A stretch of DNA of 64,000 nt from the human T2T-CHM13v2.0 reference genome, Homo sapiens: assembly GCF_009914755.1 (NCBI RefSeq), contig NC_060928.1; one strand, written 5' to 3'. Of the stretch, positions 12,480 to 25,918 are shown piece after piece. A model generated the notes under the pieces. That model searched no databases. It saw only the letters and a program-made list of their open reading frames with translations, and had not been told where the DNA came from. Position 1 is the stretch's first letter. Each line of letters opens with the position of its first letter. A program made the translations under genes and the position numbers.

Positions 12480-14572
12480 TAATTGATTTATCCCAGTTCT
12501 GAAGGCTGGGAAATACAAAATCAATGTGCCTGCAAATTCAATGTGTTGGGAGGGCCCTCCTCATTTTGTGAAGATGGTTGCCTTCTTGCTGTATCCTCAC
12601 ATGGCTGAGAGAGATAGCATCTCTCTTATGCCTCTTCTTACAAAGGCATTAATCCCATTTATGAGAGTTCTACCCTCATGATCTGATTAGCTTGCTCCAA
12701 AGGACTCACCTCCAAATACCATCACAATGGAGATTAGGACTTTTAACATATGAATTTGAGAGGGACACAAACATTTAATCCATAGCATTCTGTCCCAGGT
12801 CCACCCAACATTTATCTTCTTCTTACTTGCAAAATACATTCATTTAATCTCAACAGCCCCAACAGTCTCAACTCATTTTAGCCTCAATTCTGGTCTGAAG
12901 TCAACAGTCTCATGTAAATATCATCTAAATCAGATAAAGGTGACACTTGAGGTTTGATTCACCCTGAGACAAAATTCCTCTCCATTTGTGAATGTATAAA
13001 ACCAAACCAGTTATGTGTTTCCAGAATACAATGGCAGGACAAGCGTAGGATATACATCCCCATTTCAAAAATGATAAATAGGAAAGAAAGATAAATAGGA
13101 AAGAGGTCTCAAGCTAGTTCAAAACCTAGCAAGGTAAGCATTGTATTTTAAGGCTGAAGAACAATTTTTCTTGGCTCTATTTTCTGTCTTTCAGACCCAC
13201 TGTGGCAGAGATTCTGCTCTACATCTCTGGAGATAGGGGTCTGGTCCCCAGGGCTTTGCCCACTGAGCGATGGGGTGTCCCACACTCATGACTCTGGGTG
13301 GCCTCACCCCAAGGCTTCTTGTGGAGGCTGCCTGGCCTGCCGAAATCAAGACGATGGTTTTCTCTTTTGAAATCAAGGAGGTAACACTGATGATTTATTA
13401 ATCACCTTTTATGGCTGTTTGTCTTTTGTCTTGAAGAACAGTGCACATTCACAGTCAAATAACTCTATAGTCCCTTCCTGTAAAAATCTAAGAAGTTTGA
13501 TTCTCTTCCTGTATCCTCTCTCATCTCAGTTCTCTTTCATTTAAACTGGCAGTGTTCTGCTCGGGTGACTGACTAGTGCTTTGATTCACACCCACACAAT
13601 CTCCTTATCAAATGGTTGACCCACCATGTCCTTGGTGTTCTCTTCCAAACATACTTTCTCATTTTTGTATAATATAGACAAGCTAAGAAGTTTCTAAATC
13701 TTTCAGTTTTGGAATATTTTTGTGTAACCATTTTGTCTACAATTTATTTTTCTCTTCTCTCATTTTACTATGAGCAGTCACAAGGGCCCAAGCAGCTCCT
13801 TCAACACTACATTTGAAAAGCTCCTCAGCTAAATGTCCAGTTTCATCACTTACAACTTCTACCTTCCACAAAACACTAGAACATAAACATAATTCAGTCG
13901 ATTTCTTTACCACTTTACAACAAGGATCACCTTTTCTCTATTGTCCAGTAATTCATTCTGCATTTCTACCTAACACCTCATCAAAATGGCCCTTCCTATC
14001 CATATTTCTGCCAACATTCTAGACATGGTTATTTATGAGTAACTTTCTCTACAGCTTTCCTCTTTCTTTTCTGAGCCCTCACTCAAGTTGCTTTTAAAAG
14101 TCTCTTCATGGCAATATCAGCTTTTATAGCATGCAATTCAAGACTCTACCCTTTACCTAGTTCCCAAGCTACTTCTACATTTTAAAATATTTGTTATAGT
14201 AGCACCTCTACTCTCAGTAGAGGTCTCAGTCTGCTCATGCTGCTATTACAAATAGCATAAACTAGATGGCTTAAGCAACATTTATTTCTCACAGTTCTGG
14301 AGGCTGAGAAGTGCAAGTTCAAGGTGCCAGCAGATTAAATGCCTGGTGAAGGTTACTTTTCTGGTTTTAAAACAGTTGTCTTCATGCTGTATCTTCACGT
14401 GGCTGAGAGAGATGATCTCTGTCATGTCTTTTCTTATAAGTGTACTGATCCCATTCATAAAGGGTTCACTCTCATGATCTAATTATTTTCAGTGTCCTCA
14501 CCTTCAAATACTTTGGAGATTAGGACTTCAACATATAAATTTTGGGGTGATAACAACATTCTGTTCATAGCA
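12480..14572 (-). mobile_element. Two-LTR MLT1A/MLT1A0 MaLR provirus (LTR-int-LTR)
   Basis: Two homologous LTRs (about 12480-12787 and 14225-14572; both contain cagttctg.aggctg.gaa...ttcaacatat.aattt and end in catagca) around a ~1.4 kb MaLR-type internal region (caaaatacattcatt...caacagcccc; aatacaatggcaggacaagc.tagga). Confidence 0.85.
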
Positions 14573-14724
14573 AAAGGTATAAGAAGGATTGGCTGATGTC
14601 CACAGTTTACTTAAGGTTCATTGTTTTCCAAAAAGTTTATTCCTGTACAAATACAAGTACATAAATATACATAAGTATAAATATGTACATATATATTTTT
14701 CCATTTATTTATTTTTGCTAAATG

Positions 14725-14726
<2 letters not shown>

Positions 14727-14768
<42 letters not shown>

Positions 14769-15049
14769 AGGTAGAATCTTGCTCTGTCACCCAGGCTGGA
14801 GTGTAGTGGCATGATCCTGGCTCACTGCAACCTCCGCCCCCTGGGTTCAAGCAATTCTTGTGCCTCAACCTCCATAGTAGCTGGGATTACAAGCATGTGC
14901 TACCAGGGCCAGCTAATTTTTATGTTTTTAGTAGAGATGGGGTTTTGCCATGCTGGCAAGGCTGGTCTCAAACTCCTGACCTCAAGTGATCTACCCGCCT
15001 CAGCCTCCTAAAGTGCTGGGATTACAGGCATGAGCCACTGCACCCAGCC
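14727..15049 (-). mobile_element. AluS (Sx/Sz-like) with a T41 tail and 18-bp TSD
   Basis: Full dimeric Alu in reverse; TSD atttttgctaaatgtctt at 14711-14728 and 15051-15068. Confidence 0.97.
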
Positions 15050-16779
15050 AATTTTTGCTAAATGTCTTGGTTGACATTATGAGCTTTGATAGTATTGGCA
15101 AACTTAGAGACTTATGGAAAATTGAGTATTTTTCCCACATAAACATCAAAATTTTTCTATATTAAATAAGCTATTTTCTGAAACTCTTTACTTACGAGAA
15201 TTTTTTGTACATTAATGAGTTGACTTTACTTGAAATAGCCATCAGAATTATAATTGCAGTCTCCTAAATTTAATATTTTTAAATTATTTCAAAAGAATAT
15301 GACTCACAGCAACTCAAGGAAGGAATAAGTGGAAATCTTTTCTTATAGGCTTATATGTTGTATACATCAAAAAAATAAAGTCACTTAAAGAGAAAATGAT
15401 GGGGAGTCTTTTGAGGCAGTGATGTTAACTGTCTTTTTCACATCTATAGCCCTCCATCTAGTATTTTAAGCACTTAAATTTATCAATTAATTAATTGTGA
15501 AAGATATATAATTCCTTGTTCTTAAAGCTGCTGTTACATTTTTAGTCTCCAAACTTACAAGCATGTGCTGTGTGCACATAGACACATGAATAGTTTCAAC
15601 AATAGGTACAAGCAAACCTTGCATGAATACCATTATTTAAAGATTTTGAATTTTTTAAAATATAAGAATCATTATCATTATAAAAATAAAAACTTTATTT
15701 GATGTTCTTAAAATTATTGCATGTCTTTGAATTGTTTATGAATTTCATAAAAAAGAAGGGGAATGGGGCTTCATAATTCTTTGGTGCTCATAGTCCCTGA
15801 AGTTCTTATTTTGGCTGTCTCCCCACATTTTTTTCTGCACGAGCTCCTGCTTCTTTCGTCCTTTGAATTGGAGTTTTTAGACTTTTTTTTGCTGTCAAAA
15901 CACCTAATTTGTACGTTTGCAATGCCTACTAAGAGAAGCTCTCACAACCTGAAAAATCTCTGCACTAGCACAATGGTTAGCCACCTCTGAAATACCCACT
16001 CAGAAACCCAGAAGCTATATGTAGTCTTGTCCCAAGTAAAAGGTGGACCTCCAACCCAGTGGTGTTTATTTTTCCTTTAATCAACTAGTGAAGCAGCACA
16101 GACATACATAAATGCCAAGGGTCTTCTCCCAAAACAGCAGCAAAATGAGGTTAGAGATGCTGGGAGGATCCCCTGGTGAGTCCTGGCAAAGTTTGAGACA
16201 GTCCTGGGCTTTCTCATGTCTGAGCTCAACACTCAACAGCTCACCACAAGGCCGTCCCAGTGAACTCTGTCCCATTGATATTGGACATTACAGGAAAAGA
16301 TAATAATCAGTCTTACAGACCTCTGTGGCCTGGGAAGGATGGACAAGGGTATAAGCTGCTGGCTACCTAAGGTTGCAAGGACAATGAACAGGCTGGTATC
16401 ACCCCTGCTCTTTGATGGTTTCAGGACAGACTCACAGAATCACAGAATCGAAGAGGTGGAATGCAATGAACCATCTCTATGTTTCGTTTCTTTGTTGGTT
16501 TTCTGCCAAAATGACCCCTGTGATGGAACCTTACCAATTTCTAAGGCTGCTACTTTACTTCTTTAGTAATTTTAACTGCTAGGCATATCTACTTAAATAT
16601 AACCCAAACTGACCTTGCATTGCTCATTGTTTTGTCCTGTAAAGGTAAAGAGATGAGAGCTAGTTTCCATAAGAAGTTATCAACTATTTGAAGGCAGCCA
16701 TAATCCCTCTTCTCTCTGGGCTAAATGACTACATTCCTCACCCTCCTGCAGCCTGGTTTCCGCTCTCACTAAAAGTGCT

Positions 16780-17260
16780 CAAACTGCCACCCTTACCTCA
16801 CTAAACTCCTCAGATGCATCCAGCAGGCATAATTCATTCCTCCTTTGATGTCTCCCTGGACAAGGCTTTCCCAGTTCTCCACCTATCAGGGAACCTGTTC
16901 TCGGTAAGCCTTCCTCACTGGCTTTTCTGCTTTCCTCACTTCTTAAGCTAAGGTGCTAGCCTTAGCCCTCTTTTCTTCTCACCAAAAAAGAACCCACCTC
17001 AGTGACTACATCCATACCCAGACCTCAACTCTCATCTAAATGTTAATAATACCCAAACTTTATTTCCTGTTTGAAAGTCACATGACCATATCCAACTTCA
17101 TCAAAAACACTCCACAGGGGCCTCAAGCTTAATATAATTACAAATTAAAATAATTATCTTTCTCATAAAATGAGTTCTTTCTTACCTGTATTATTTTCCA
17201 CCTCCTCTGTCTTCTGCAACTTAAATGGCTCTACTGTCTATCTCTTCAATGACACAGTGA
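16780..17260 (+). mobile_element. L2 internal fragment
   Basis: Pyrimidine-rich, e.g. ccttagccctcttttcttctc...ctcatctaaatgttaataatacccaaactttat...cctcaagcttaat. Confidence 0.5.
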
Positions 17261-18343
17261 AAAAGAAAAAAAGGGAAGGTATCCTTAACCTATGTAGTTT
17301 ATCAATAAAATGCTAGCCAATAAAGAAGCAAAGGTGGACGTTAAAACCAAAATTCCTGATTCCAAGCCAAATGGCTTTTCTTCGTACATTTTCTTTTGGT
17401 ATTTTTTGGTATATTCATCTTTGTATATTTACTCAAGTAAACAGAGGCAAATACAACTTTTCAAGGACTTTCAGATAAAATTGATTATATGTGACCAGAT
17501 TCATTTCAGGAACCTATAAAATGTATACTATTTTTCATTCTATTCCAGTTCACATCATCTTCATATAAATGTAGAGCTTTGGTACATACTACAATTGGAT
17601 GTGAAGTCTATTTTTGCCAATGAAGCAATGAGGCAAAGTTCACAGCTGAGGACAGCCACACTTTGCCAACAGTTAGCTTAAACAAGGAGAACTTTGACAC
17701 TTGTGGTAAGGGGGAAACCTTTTCATGAATTGCTGCTTTATTGAAACCTTGCCTAGCAGATGCAGTTTAAGTGGAAAGGGAATTTCTGCTGCAGTTTATA
17801 GGACTGTGGGGGTCAGAGGCCAACCAGGGCCTTCTGAAAATGGACTGGAAGAGCTTGCCTCTTCTAAGACAGCCCCCATATTTTCACTTATGACAAATAT
17901 TTGGAAATTAAATAATTATCTTAAGGAAGGCATGATGCCTTTTACAGCCTGAAATCCTGAGGGTTGCCATGGCTGTGAACTTCAGAGTTTCCACAGCATT
18001 TCTAAATATTTGCAGAGAACCATTTCCTGTTTCAAGAATGACAAAAGTCTAACTTGAAGAGTGAACATTTTAGTGCTGGTCAATTATTTCAGAAGAGTTG
18101 TACTTTGTTAAAATCCACACTCAAATATACTACAACAACATTTTGGGCTTGGGAACGTTTTCTCGATCTAGGAAGTTCAAAATAAAGCCTGAATGCTCCA
18201 TCTTTAGAGCTTTCAGCAAGGGTAAGGTAGCATAGAGGAACTATTACATAGGATGCCATTCTCTGCAAGCAAGTGGTGGAAATTAGACATAAAATCCTCT
18301 ATTCAGGAGAATACAACCTGGCATTATCCTAAAATGTGTATGA

Positions 18344-18405
18344 TTAGGTGAATGCATTCGGATAGAATAACATTTAGGTGAATGCATTCAGATAGAATAA
18401 CATTT
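18344..18405 (+). repeat. 30-bp tandem duplication (2 copies, 1 mismatch)
   Basis: ttaggtgaatgcattc(g/a)gatagaataacat at 18344-18373 and 18374-18403. Confidence 0.95.
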
Positions 18406-19069
18406 CCTCCTCAATTCAGCCTCTTAACCTTCAGCCACCTCTAAAATGATTTCATTATTCAGATTTATAAAATTTAACTTATATTTGCCTCCTTTAGCTG
18501 CCACAAATTTTCAAACTGTTGCTAGGATCTACTAGATATTCTGGGGCCTAACTGTTGAGTTTCTCACCATGGCATGAAATACCAGATACATTCACTCTGC
18601 AGACAGGAAACAATAGTTACCATTTATTCGATGCCTTCCATGTGTTGTATTCTATATAAAGCTCTTTGCAGGTATCATCTCTTTAATTTTCATAAGACCT
18701 CTGTGAGTCAGAAATTATTTTAAATTTGTGCATACTCTGCTAGAGCCCCAAAAGGATACGAGACTAATAAGATGCACTTAAATATCTTCTTTGAAGAAGT
18801 ATTTTAAAACTAAGAACAGTTAGATAGATTTTGTCAAAAGCATACAGCCAAGGAGTAGCAGAGTTGGAAATTTTACTTAAATAGATCCAACTCCAAAGGT
18901 CAGACTATATCGCTCACACCATCAGTAGGAACTGCAGCCAGCAGAAAAGTGACCAGGGACCCATAGGGGAAGTGAGGGTGGAAGCACAGATCATGAATGG
19001 GGAGAAGCAACTGCTGGCTGAAAAACACAGAACCAGGAGACAGAAAAACCCCTTGCTTGTATGTAATTG

Positions 19070-19250
19070 ATGCAGTGCCTCCCAATGGGAGTACTATTAG
19101 CATTTTGGATGAAACAATCCTTCACTGGACAGGACTGTACTCACACTGAGGAATGTTGCTTAATGCTTTCCCCAAACACTTAATGCCAGCATCATCCCTC
19201 ATCATTGATAAAAACAAAAAACACCTAACGTATTACCAAATATCCCTTAA
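19070..19250. mobile_element. MER20B-like hAT-Charlie DNA transposon relic
   Basis: actattagcattttggatgaaacaatccttcactggacaggactgt...cacttaatgccagc...aaatatccct. Confidence 0.6.
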
Positions 19251-20339
19251 TGAGGTAGGGCTGCTTAGAGGAAGTGGAATTTTATAATCCTAAGCATTAT
19301 AGGTAGTATTGCTTTCCTCTTACAGATGAAGAAACTCCAAAGTTTCAAGTGCAAACCTTTGGAATGGAATATAACGGTGAATAATATTAAATGTTAGGCC
19401 CTTTCCCCAATGACACCATCATCCTAAGTGCCTTGACATTTCTTTCCTTGCCAAGATAATAATCTCTTTTACACAAAGGTCATTGTGTAGACACATACAC
19501 AGATCCCTAGCTTTCTAGAGCAGAACTTGGGTCTTCTACATACTGCAGTGTGTTCTTCTCATTATAGGATCTCCAATAATCAATTACTTGATTTTCAGTT
19601 TAATTAATTAAGGACAAGATCATAATTAAAAGCAACCCATTTTAATTAGGTCCATTTAATTAGAAAAACAGGTTCATTTCTATTTGGGAATTTTAACAGG
19701 AAAACTGCATGAAATATGTGGTAATCTAGGGCATATTAAAGGACACATTTTACTTAGGAGGGGATGATAGACTGAAGCAGCATTGTGATGGTGAGCAAAA
19801 GAAAGTCTTTGACATGGAAAAGACTTACGAAGTGATCATGCTTAGCTGGGCCAAATGGCTTGTGTTATTTCCAGGTGGAAGTATATTGCAGGGCTTCTGT
19901 AGCACTCTGGAGGTACAATTGGGAAGCAATTGGAGCAGTTTGGAACATCTGTCTCTAATCAGCATGGCCCTGCCCTTATCCATTTCTGTTCTTGTCCAGG
20001 AATGGTAGAACATGAGCATGTCCCAGCTCCAAAGCCTCCACTATAGCACATGTTTCTAATGAGTACTTAAGAAAGCAAGAGCTCCCAGCGAACACATCAC
20101 AAAGACATGAAGTAAAAGGTAGACTCCTCAGAGTGAGCTAGATTTTATTAAAGCAAGGAGGGGAGTGCTTGCACCCTCTCTAGCACATTTAGTGCATACT
20201 CCAAACCATCTCGTTCCCCACTCAACCTTAACTCAGCCCCTTATTATCAGCCAGACTCCCATCTCTAGTGTTCTTTATTTATCCTTCCTCTTACTCAGTC
20301 CTCCTTCTTTTCCCTCTTTGCTGGCTAGTCTATGTTCTC

Positions 20340-20828
20340 CCACCACCACCACCCCAAATGCATGCTTTGCTTTTACCTGCCCCACTTTTGCCCTAGAAGC
20401 AAACTCCTATGAATGGCAGCTTCCAGGCTCCCTGCCCTCTAATTTGCAGGTGAGTACAGCCATTGAAAGATCGAAGCAGGTAATCATGGGTTAGGTAGAC
20501 AGAATGGAGGGGGGCCTTATTCTCCCCTGCTTCCTCCCTGGTTCTCTGCTGTGCTCCAGGCAGTGGCTCTATACCTCTGTTCCCTTAGGCATTTCTGCCT
20601 CTATGATTCTGGCTCTCACCGGGCTCTTTCACAGTTTCCTGTCCTTGCCACTTCAGACTCAGGAATAGTAATGGCTGTCAATCATTGCTAGTCTCAGGAT
20701 ACCTTCACTTTTCTAGCTGGTTTCCTTAACCCTGCCTACACACGGCTAAATGGTCTTCCGTCATTAAAAATCTCTAAGTTGAACCACCTGAGTCAAATTT
20801 GTTTTTCTGTCCGGACTCTGACCAACAT
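20340..20828 (+). mobile_element. LTR33-like ERVL LTR
   Basis: ggctccctgccctct...ttccttaaccctgcctacac...cattaaaaatctct...ttctgtccggactctgaccaaca matches the LTR33 3' end. Confidence 0.7.
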
Positions 20829-22019
20829 ATCCTCCCTCCTATTGCTGTCTGTGGTGCCTTGGAACTACCCATCTATAATCAGTAAATTCTACTTGATCCT
20901 TGGTCTCCTCCCAGAACATTTACTCTACTGTCTTATCTAAAAATCTACCTGACTCCAACTTACGAGTTCATTTCTCCTACAGTGTTTTCAAGTGAACCAT
21001 CTTTTATCTCACATCTCATGTGGCTTAGGAGAGGGTTGGCTTGTCGTTACAGCTTCTAGGTCACTATCCACCTCACACACACCAAAAGCAAAGGAACTCC
21101 CATTGCTTATAAAGGTCAGGCCATTCTGTTTTATCTCCATCATTGCCAACTTGTTGCTGTCATCTACTGACCTCCAAGTCAACCTCCCTCATTTATTAAA
21201 GCCTTTAGCTGTGAATTTAATTATCTTGTTCTCATTGCCACTGACATCAGCCTTAATTCATTCATCCCACAAAAATTCATTGAGTACCTGTTGACAGACC
21301 ATGTTCTAGTTGCTAGGGATACAGTGTTGAACAAAACAAAAAAAGGAAACATTTCTACTTTCACATACTTGTGTGTATGTGGGAGAGGACCTTTGTGTCT
21401 TAGCCTAAACAGGGTCAGGCTGACTATGTGAAGGGCTCCCCCTGGAGTTGTACAACACAGTGGCCCTGTTCACCTCTCCATTCCTCACTTTCCTAATCTC
21501 CAGTGACTTTTCTTTCCACTTGACTTTACATATTCACTCCCTTGGGTCATAAGCACAGTGTTGTCACCAGGAGCTGCACTTCATTCAAAATCTTTCATTT
21601 AAAGATTGAATTTTCTGATCCCCATTTCCATTCTTGGGTGTCCTTGCTCTAGTGACCCTCCTGTCAGTTCTTTACCCTCACTAGACCTCCAAACTATTGA
21701 ACTCACTACTTTCTCACTGTCCCTCAGGTTTCTTCTGTCCTTAGGACAGATGAGAGAGCTGAACCCAAGACTCAACATTAAGCCAGAGATTCACAAGGGA
21801 GCTGAAGAGGCCCCAGGTCATTGGTGCTGGTTACAAGATTTCCTGCCTTTGTCTGCCAGGCAGCCTAGGGGTTACAGTGCTTTGTGATGTTGTGAATCTC
21901 TTGTTCAACTCTTGGCAACTCCATTGCCTACGTAACTAATGCTCTGCAATAATATCCTCTGCTTAAATACTTGAAGACAGTTTTGTATTTTTCATTAGAC
22001 CTTGACTAAAACAGAAATG

Positions 22020-22780
22020 CCCAATAAGATTGAAAAGATGTCCAACTTCAATAGTATCAGAAGGAAATAAAAATTAAGATCATACAGCAACCAAATTGAC
22101 AAAAAGTAAATAATAGTTCACATAGCTACAGAATTAAGAAACTCTTATACTCTTCTACTGGGAGTATAAATTAAAATAACAAGTTTAGAATGATTTAGCA
22201 TTATTTTACATTTGTGGACATTTGCATAAGCAGCAGGTATAAATCATATTACTACGAGAAACTCTTGCCCTCAAGCAACAAAGTCTTTTACAATAATTAG
22301 CATATTTTTTAAAAGTTGATAACAAAATACAAAGAAAGGAGATAATCCTAATGACCATAATGACAATTACTAATAATAAACATGGCAAACTATATATATA
22401 TATATATATAATATATATATTCTCTAAAATATTACAAGACAGTGAAAATGACTGAAATATAATTCCTTGCACAAAACATAGTTTATTCTGGGAAATATAA
22501 TCTAGAGTAAAGAAGTCACTGAAGAACATACAGAATATCCACCATTTATAAAAAGCTCAAAAATAAGTGACATTAGACAACATGTTATTTATTTTATATA
22601 TATATATGTATATATATGGCATTAAATTATTTTATGAAAAAGGAAGAACAAAGATAAACACAGTGATTACCTGGTCTTGGTTACCATGGAGTTGAGTTAG
22701 GACAGGGACCCACAGGTGCATGGAAAGGCTTTGTTAATGTACTAGACCTTGGATTAGTGCTTATTTAGTTATTATGCATC
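22020..22780 (+). mobile_element. Old L1M (L1ME-like) 3' fragment
   Basis: gaaactcttatactcttctactgggagtataaatt...ccatttataaaaagctcaaaaataag...gtgattacc. Confidence 0.6.
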
Positions 22781-22784
22781 ATCA

Positions 22785-22895
22785 GACTATATATATGCAT
22801 GTATACACACATATATTCACATATACAAATCTTATAAATTTTATGTAAATTATACATACATATATATACATACACACACACATATGTATATACAA
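22785..22895. repeat. (TA)/(CA) low-complexity tract
   Basis: tatatatatgcatgtatacacacatata...tatatatacatacacacacacatatgtata. Confidence 0.8.
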
Positions 22896-23699
22896 AATTT
22901 TTCTTATTTTTATACTACTAGTTCTCAGATTGCCCATTGGGAAGCATCAGCTCCCTAAGGTAGGTCTTTTTCATCTCAAATATCTTATAATTTCATAAAA
23001 CTCCAATATTCTAAAGATGCATAATTCCATACCATAACTAGCCAGATTATTCCTAATCATGCTTTATCATTAGTTCACTTGCAAATCCCATGCCACCGAA
23101 TATGAGAGATTACTGCTTCTTAATGGTTACTTCACTGCACTGTCCCTCAGTTCCTCTGAAAAATGAGGGACTAACTCTATGTACCTCATGGGGGCTCTTG
23201 TGAGGATAAAACTGAGTAATTTAAAGAAAGCATCTAGCAATGTCTGGCATATAGAAACATTCAAAATACATGAAAATATTCAAAATCTTCTTCGTATAAT
23301 ATTAATATAAATAATGATGTTTTTACTCTCTCTAAATTAATTTAGAGAGAACACATTGTGGATTGTTCTGTAAAGCGTGCACATAATAGAGTTTTTCTTA
23401 GAGGGCCTCATTACATGAGAAGGCTCACTTGCTCACATAATTATGGAGCCGACATGTCAGGTAAGCCACGCACAAGGCATGAGCAGGACTTCTGGTTGCA
23501 TGATCATGATCTTTACCTAAGAATTCCTCCAATACAAACACAGAACCCAGAAGGAAATAAGCTTGTGGTCAAAATTAAAGTTTAAAGAGAAGTAAATTAT
23601 ATGTCATTAATGATAATGAAACTCACTGAAGTTCCATCTCTACCTCCAACAAATTAGGCATGAAGCTCAGCCTCTCTGGTCTTCCTTTCTTAATCTATA

Positions 23700-23925
23700 T
23701 AACAGCTTAAGACTGAACTCTACAACCAAACTGCCAGAGATTGTACCCTGGATCCACTGCCAACCACTGTAGGATTTGGCTTGATAAACTCCCCAAGCGT
23801 CAGTTTCCTTATAGGTAAAATAGGGTCAGCAACACATATAGTGGTTGAGAGCATTACATGAGATGTTTATAAAGGGCTTACCCCAGTAGCAAGCACATTT
23901 AAAGTGCTTAACAAATATTTTGACT
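23700..23925 (+). mobile_element. MIR
   Basis: aagcgtcagtttccttataggtaaaatagg...gagcattacatgagatgtttataaagggctta...aaagtgcttaacaaat. Confidence 0.7.
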
Positions 23926-25195
23926 GTCACCATTCTCTAACTCCATCACTGCAGTCGTTGAAAACCCAGGGCCACCTTTCATTTATCTTTATACCTCTAG
24001 ATTCCAACACATTTCACCTATACATAGTGCATGTTTGGTGGATATTTGTTGACTTGCATTCTAGATGGTCACAGAAAATCCAATGGAGTCTTTAAGTGTT
24101 CACGTAAAGGTTATCCAGAAAACCCTTTGGAGTTAATTTGTCCTGTGCTCTTGGTAAAACATGGCTTCTATGGTAGGAAGAGGGGAAAAGTCTATATTTT
24201 AAATGGTTTCATGGACTGCCAAGAACTGTTATAAAACAATATTTTGATGAGTTACACAGTACATGAATCAGAAACATATGAGATTAATTTCCCTGAAAAT
24301 ACATGTGGGTTTAAAAATGAAAGGAAAGGAATGTTGGCACAATGTGCTATGCCAAACCGAAAATGTTAGAAAAATATTTTATGATATTAGGATGCACAAA
24401 TCCTAAAAGCAGCTCAATTTGCTCATCTTTCAGTGGCCTGCTCCCAATGTACCTGTTGTGTCTGGTCCTCTACAGTGAGAATAAGTAAAACCTAAACAAG
24501 AAATTTAAAAGCCATGGTATAAGACAAGGAGCCAGAAGTTCCAAGTCTTGGGCCTGGTTCTGCCACTGGCTAGCTGTGGAAGTCTAGATTAATCACTTAA
24601 TCTTCCTGGGCCTCAACTCAGGAAAACAGTCCATGACTTGCAGACCTCACAGGATTGTTGAGAGTGCTGTTAGAATGCGAGTTCAGAAAGCAGTGATAAG
24701 CCCAGGATGACAGAGACCAGAACAAAAAAGTAAGATGCTACTGTCAAGAGGAGGCAAGTATCCAGATGAGCCCATACCCCTGTGTCAAAGTGAAGCAGGC
24801 ATGCACAAGATGTACACGTGGCTAACTGTGGAGGAATCTTCAGCAAAAGTTAAGCAGAGTATCCATGATGGATTATAGTTCTTGTTCATCAATATCCTCA
24901 AGCCCTTTGTATTCTCTGCCTTCTACCACTTCTAAGGTGCAAAACCCCAACTCTACATGTAGGTGGCTGGACACCTCAGAAGGATGGTCGGCAACATCAG
25001 CTGGACCCACAGGGATCTTTTTCTACTCTTCTGTTTTGCGGCTCTTCTTCACTGTGCTAACTCCCAACTCATCACTCAGGTCTAATCCTTCTACTAAAAT
25101 CGCTATCCTCTTATTTATGGAAAATCTGAGACCAACTAGCATTAGTTAACCAATAGTATTCTCATCTGTATATCTACTTCTTCCCATACCCATTG

Positions 25196-25918
25196 GTATC
25201 AGTTATCTGTTTCAATGCAACAAATTACCCCAAAACTTAGAAGATTAAAACAACAAGCATTTATCTCATAGAGTTTCAAGGACAGAAATCCAGGACTGAC
25301 TTAGCTGGATGATATTGGACATGGGTAGACAGGGTCTACCATGGTGTTGCAGTCAAGCTATCAACTGGAACTGCAGTTAGGTGAAGCCTTGACAGGGCAG
25401 AGGGAGCCTCTTCCAAGCTCTCTCATGTGGTTATTGGTTGGGCTATTGACCTCTGGTTTTCACAATGTAGGCCTCTCCCTAGGTTGTCTGAGTATTCTCA
25501 TGAAATGGTAGCTGGATTTCCCCAAAGTGTTATGGACTGAACTGTGTCCCCTCAAAACCTTATACTGAAGCCCTAACTTCCAACATGAATATATTTTGAG
25601 ATACAGCCTTTAAAAATGTAACCGAGACTGAACTGGGCTATACAAGTAAAGCTCTAATCCGATATGACTAGTATCCTTATAAGAGGAGGAAGAAGCACCA
25701 GCATGCCTGTCCTAACAAAGTGATGAGAGAGAGAGTACACCTAAGAGGGATGCTACAGCATTTTATAAATTAATCATGGAAATAATATACTAAAACTTCT
25801 ACCACATACTACTGGCCACATAGATTGACATTCGTGTAATTTCAATGGGGGCTACACTAGGGAGTTAGTACTGAGATGTGGAAATCATTTGGGCCATCTT
25901 AGAGACTAGCTTCCACAC
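25196..25918 (-). mobile_element. MLT1H/MLT1F-like MaLR LTR interrupted by a nested LTR
   Basis: gtatcagttatctgtt...caacaaattaccccaaaacttag...ggccatcttagagactagcttccaca. Confidence 0.75.
25528..25715 (+). mobile_element. Nested, internally deleted MLT1A/MST-type LTR
   Basis: tgttatggactgaactgtgtcccctcaaaa...ctaatccgatatgactagtatccttataagagg; flanked by caaag at 25523-25527 and 25716-25720. Confidence 0.75.
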
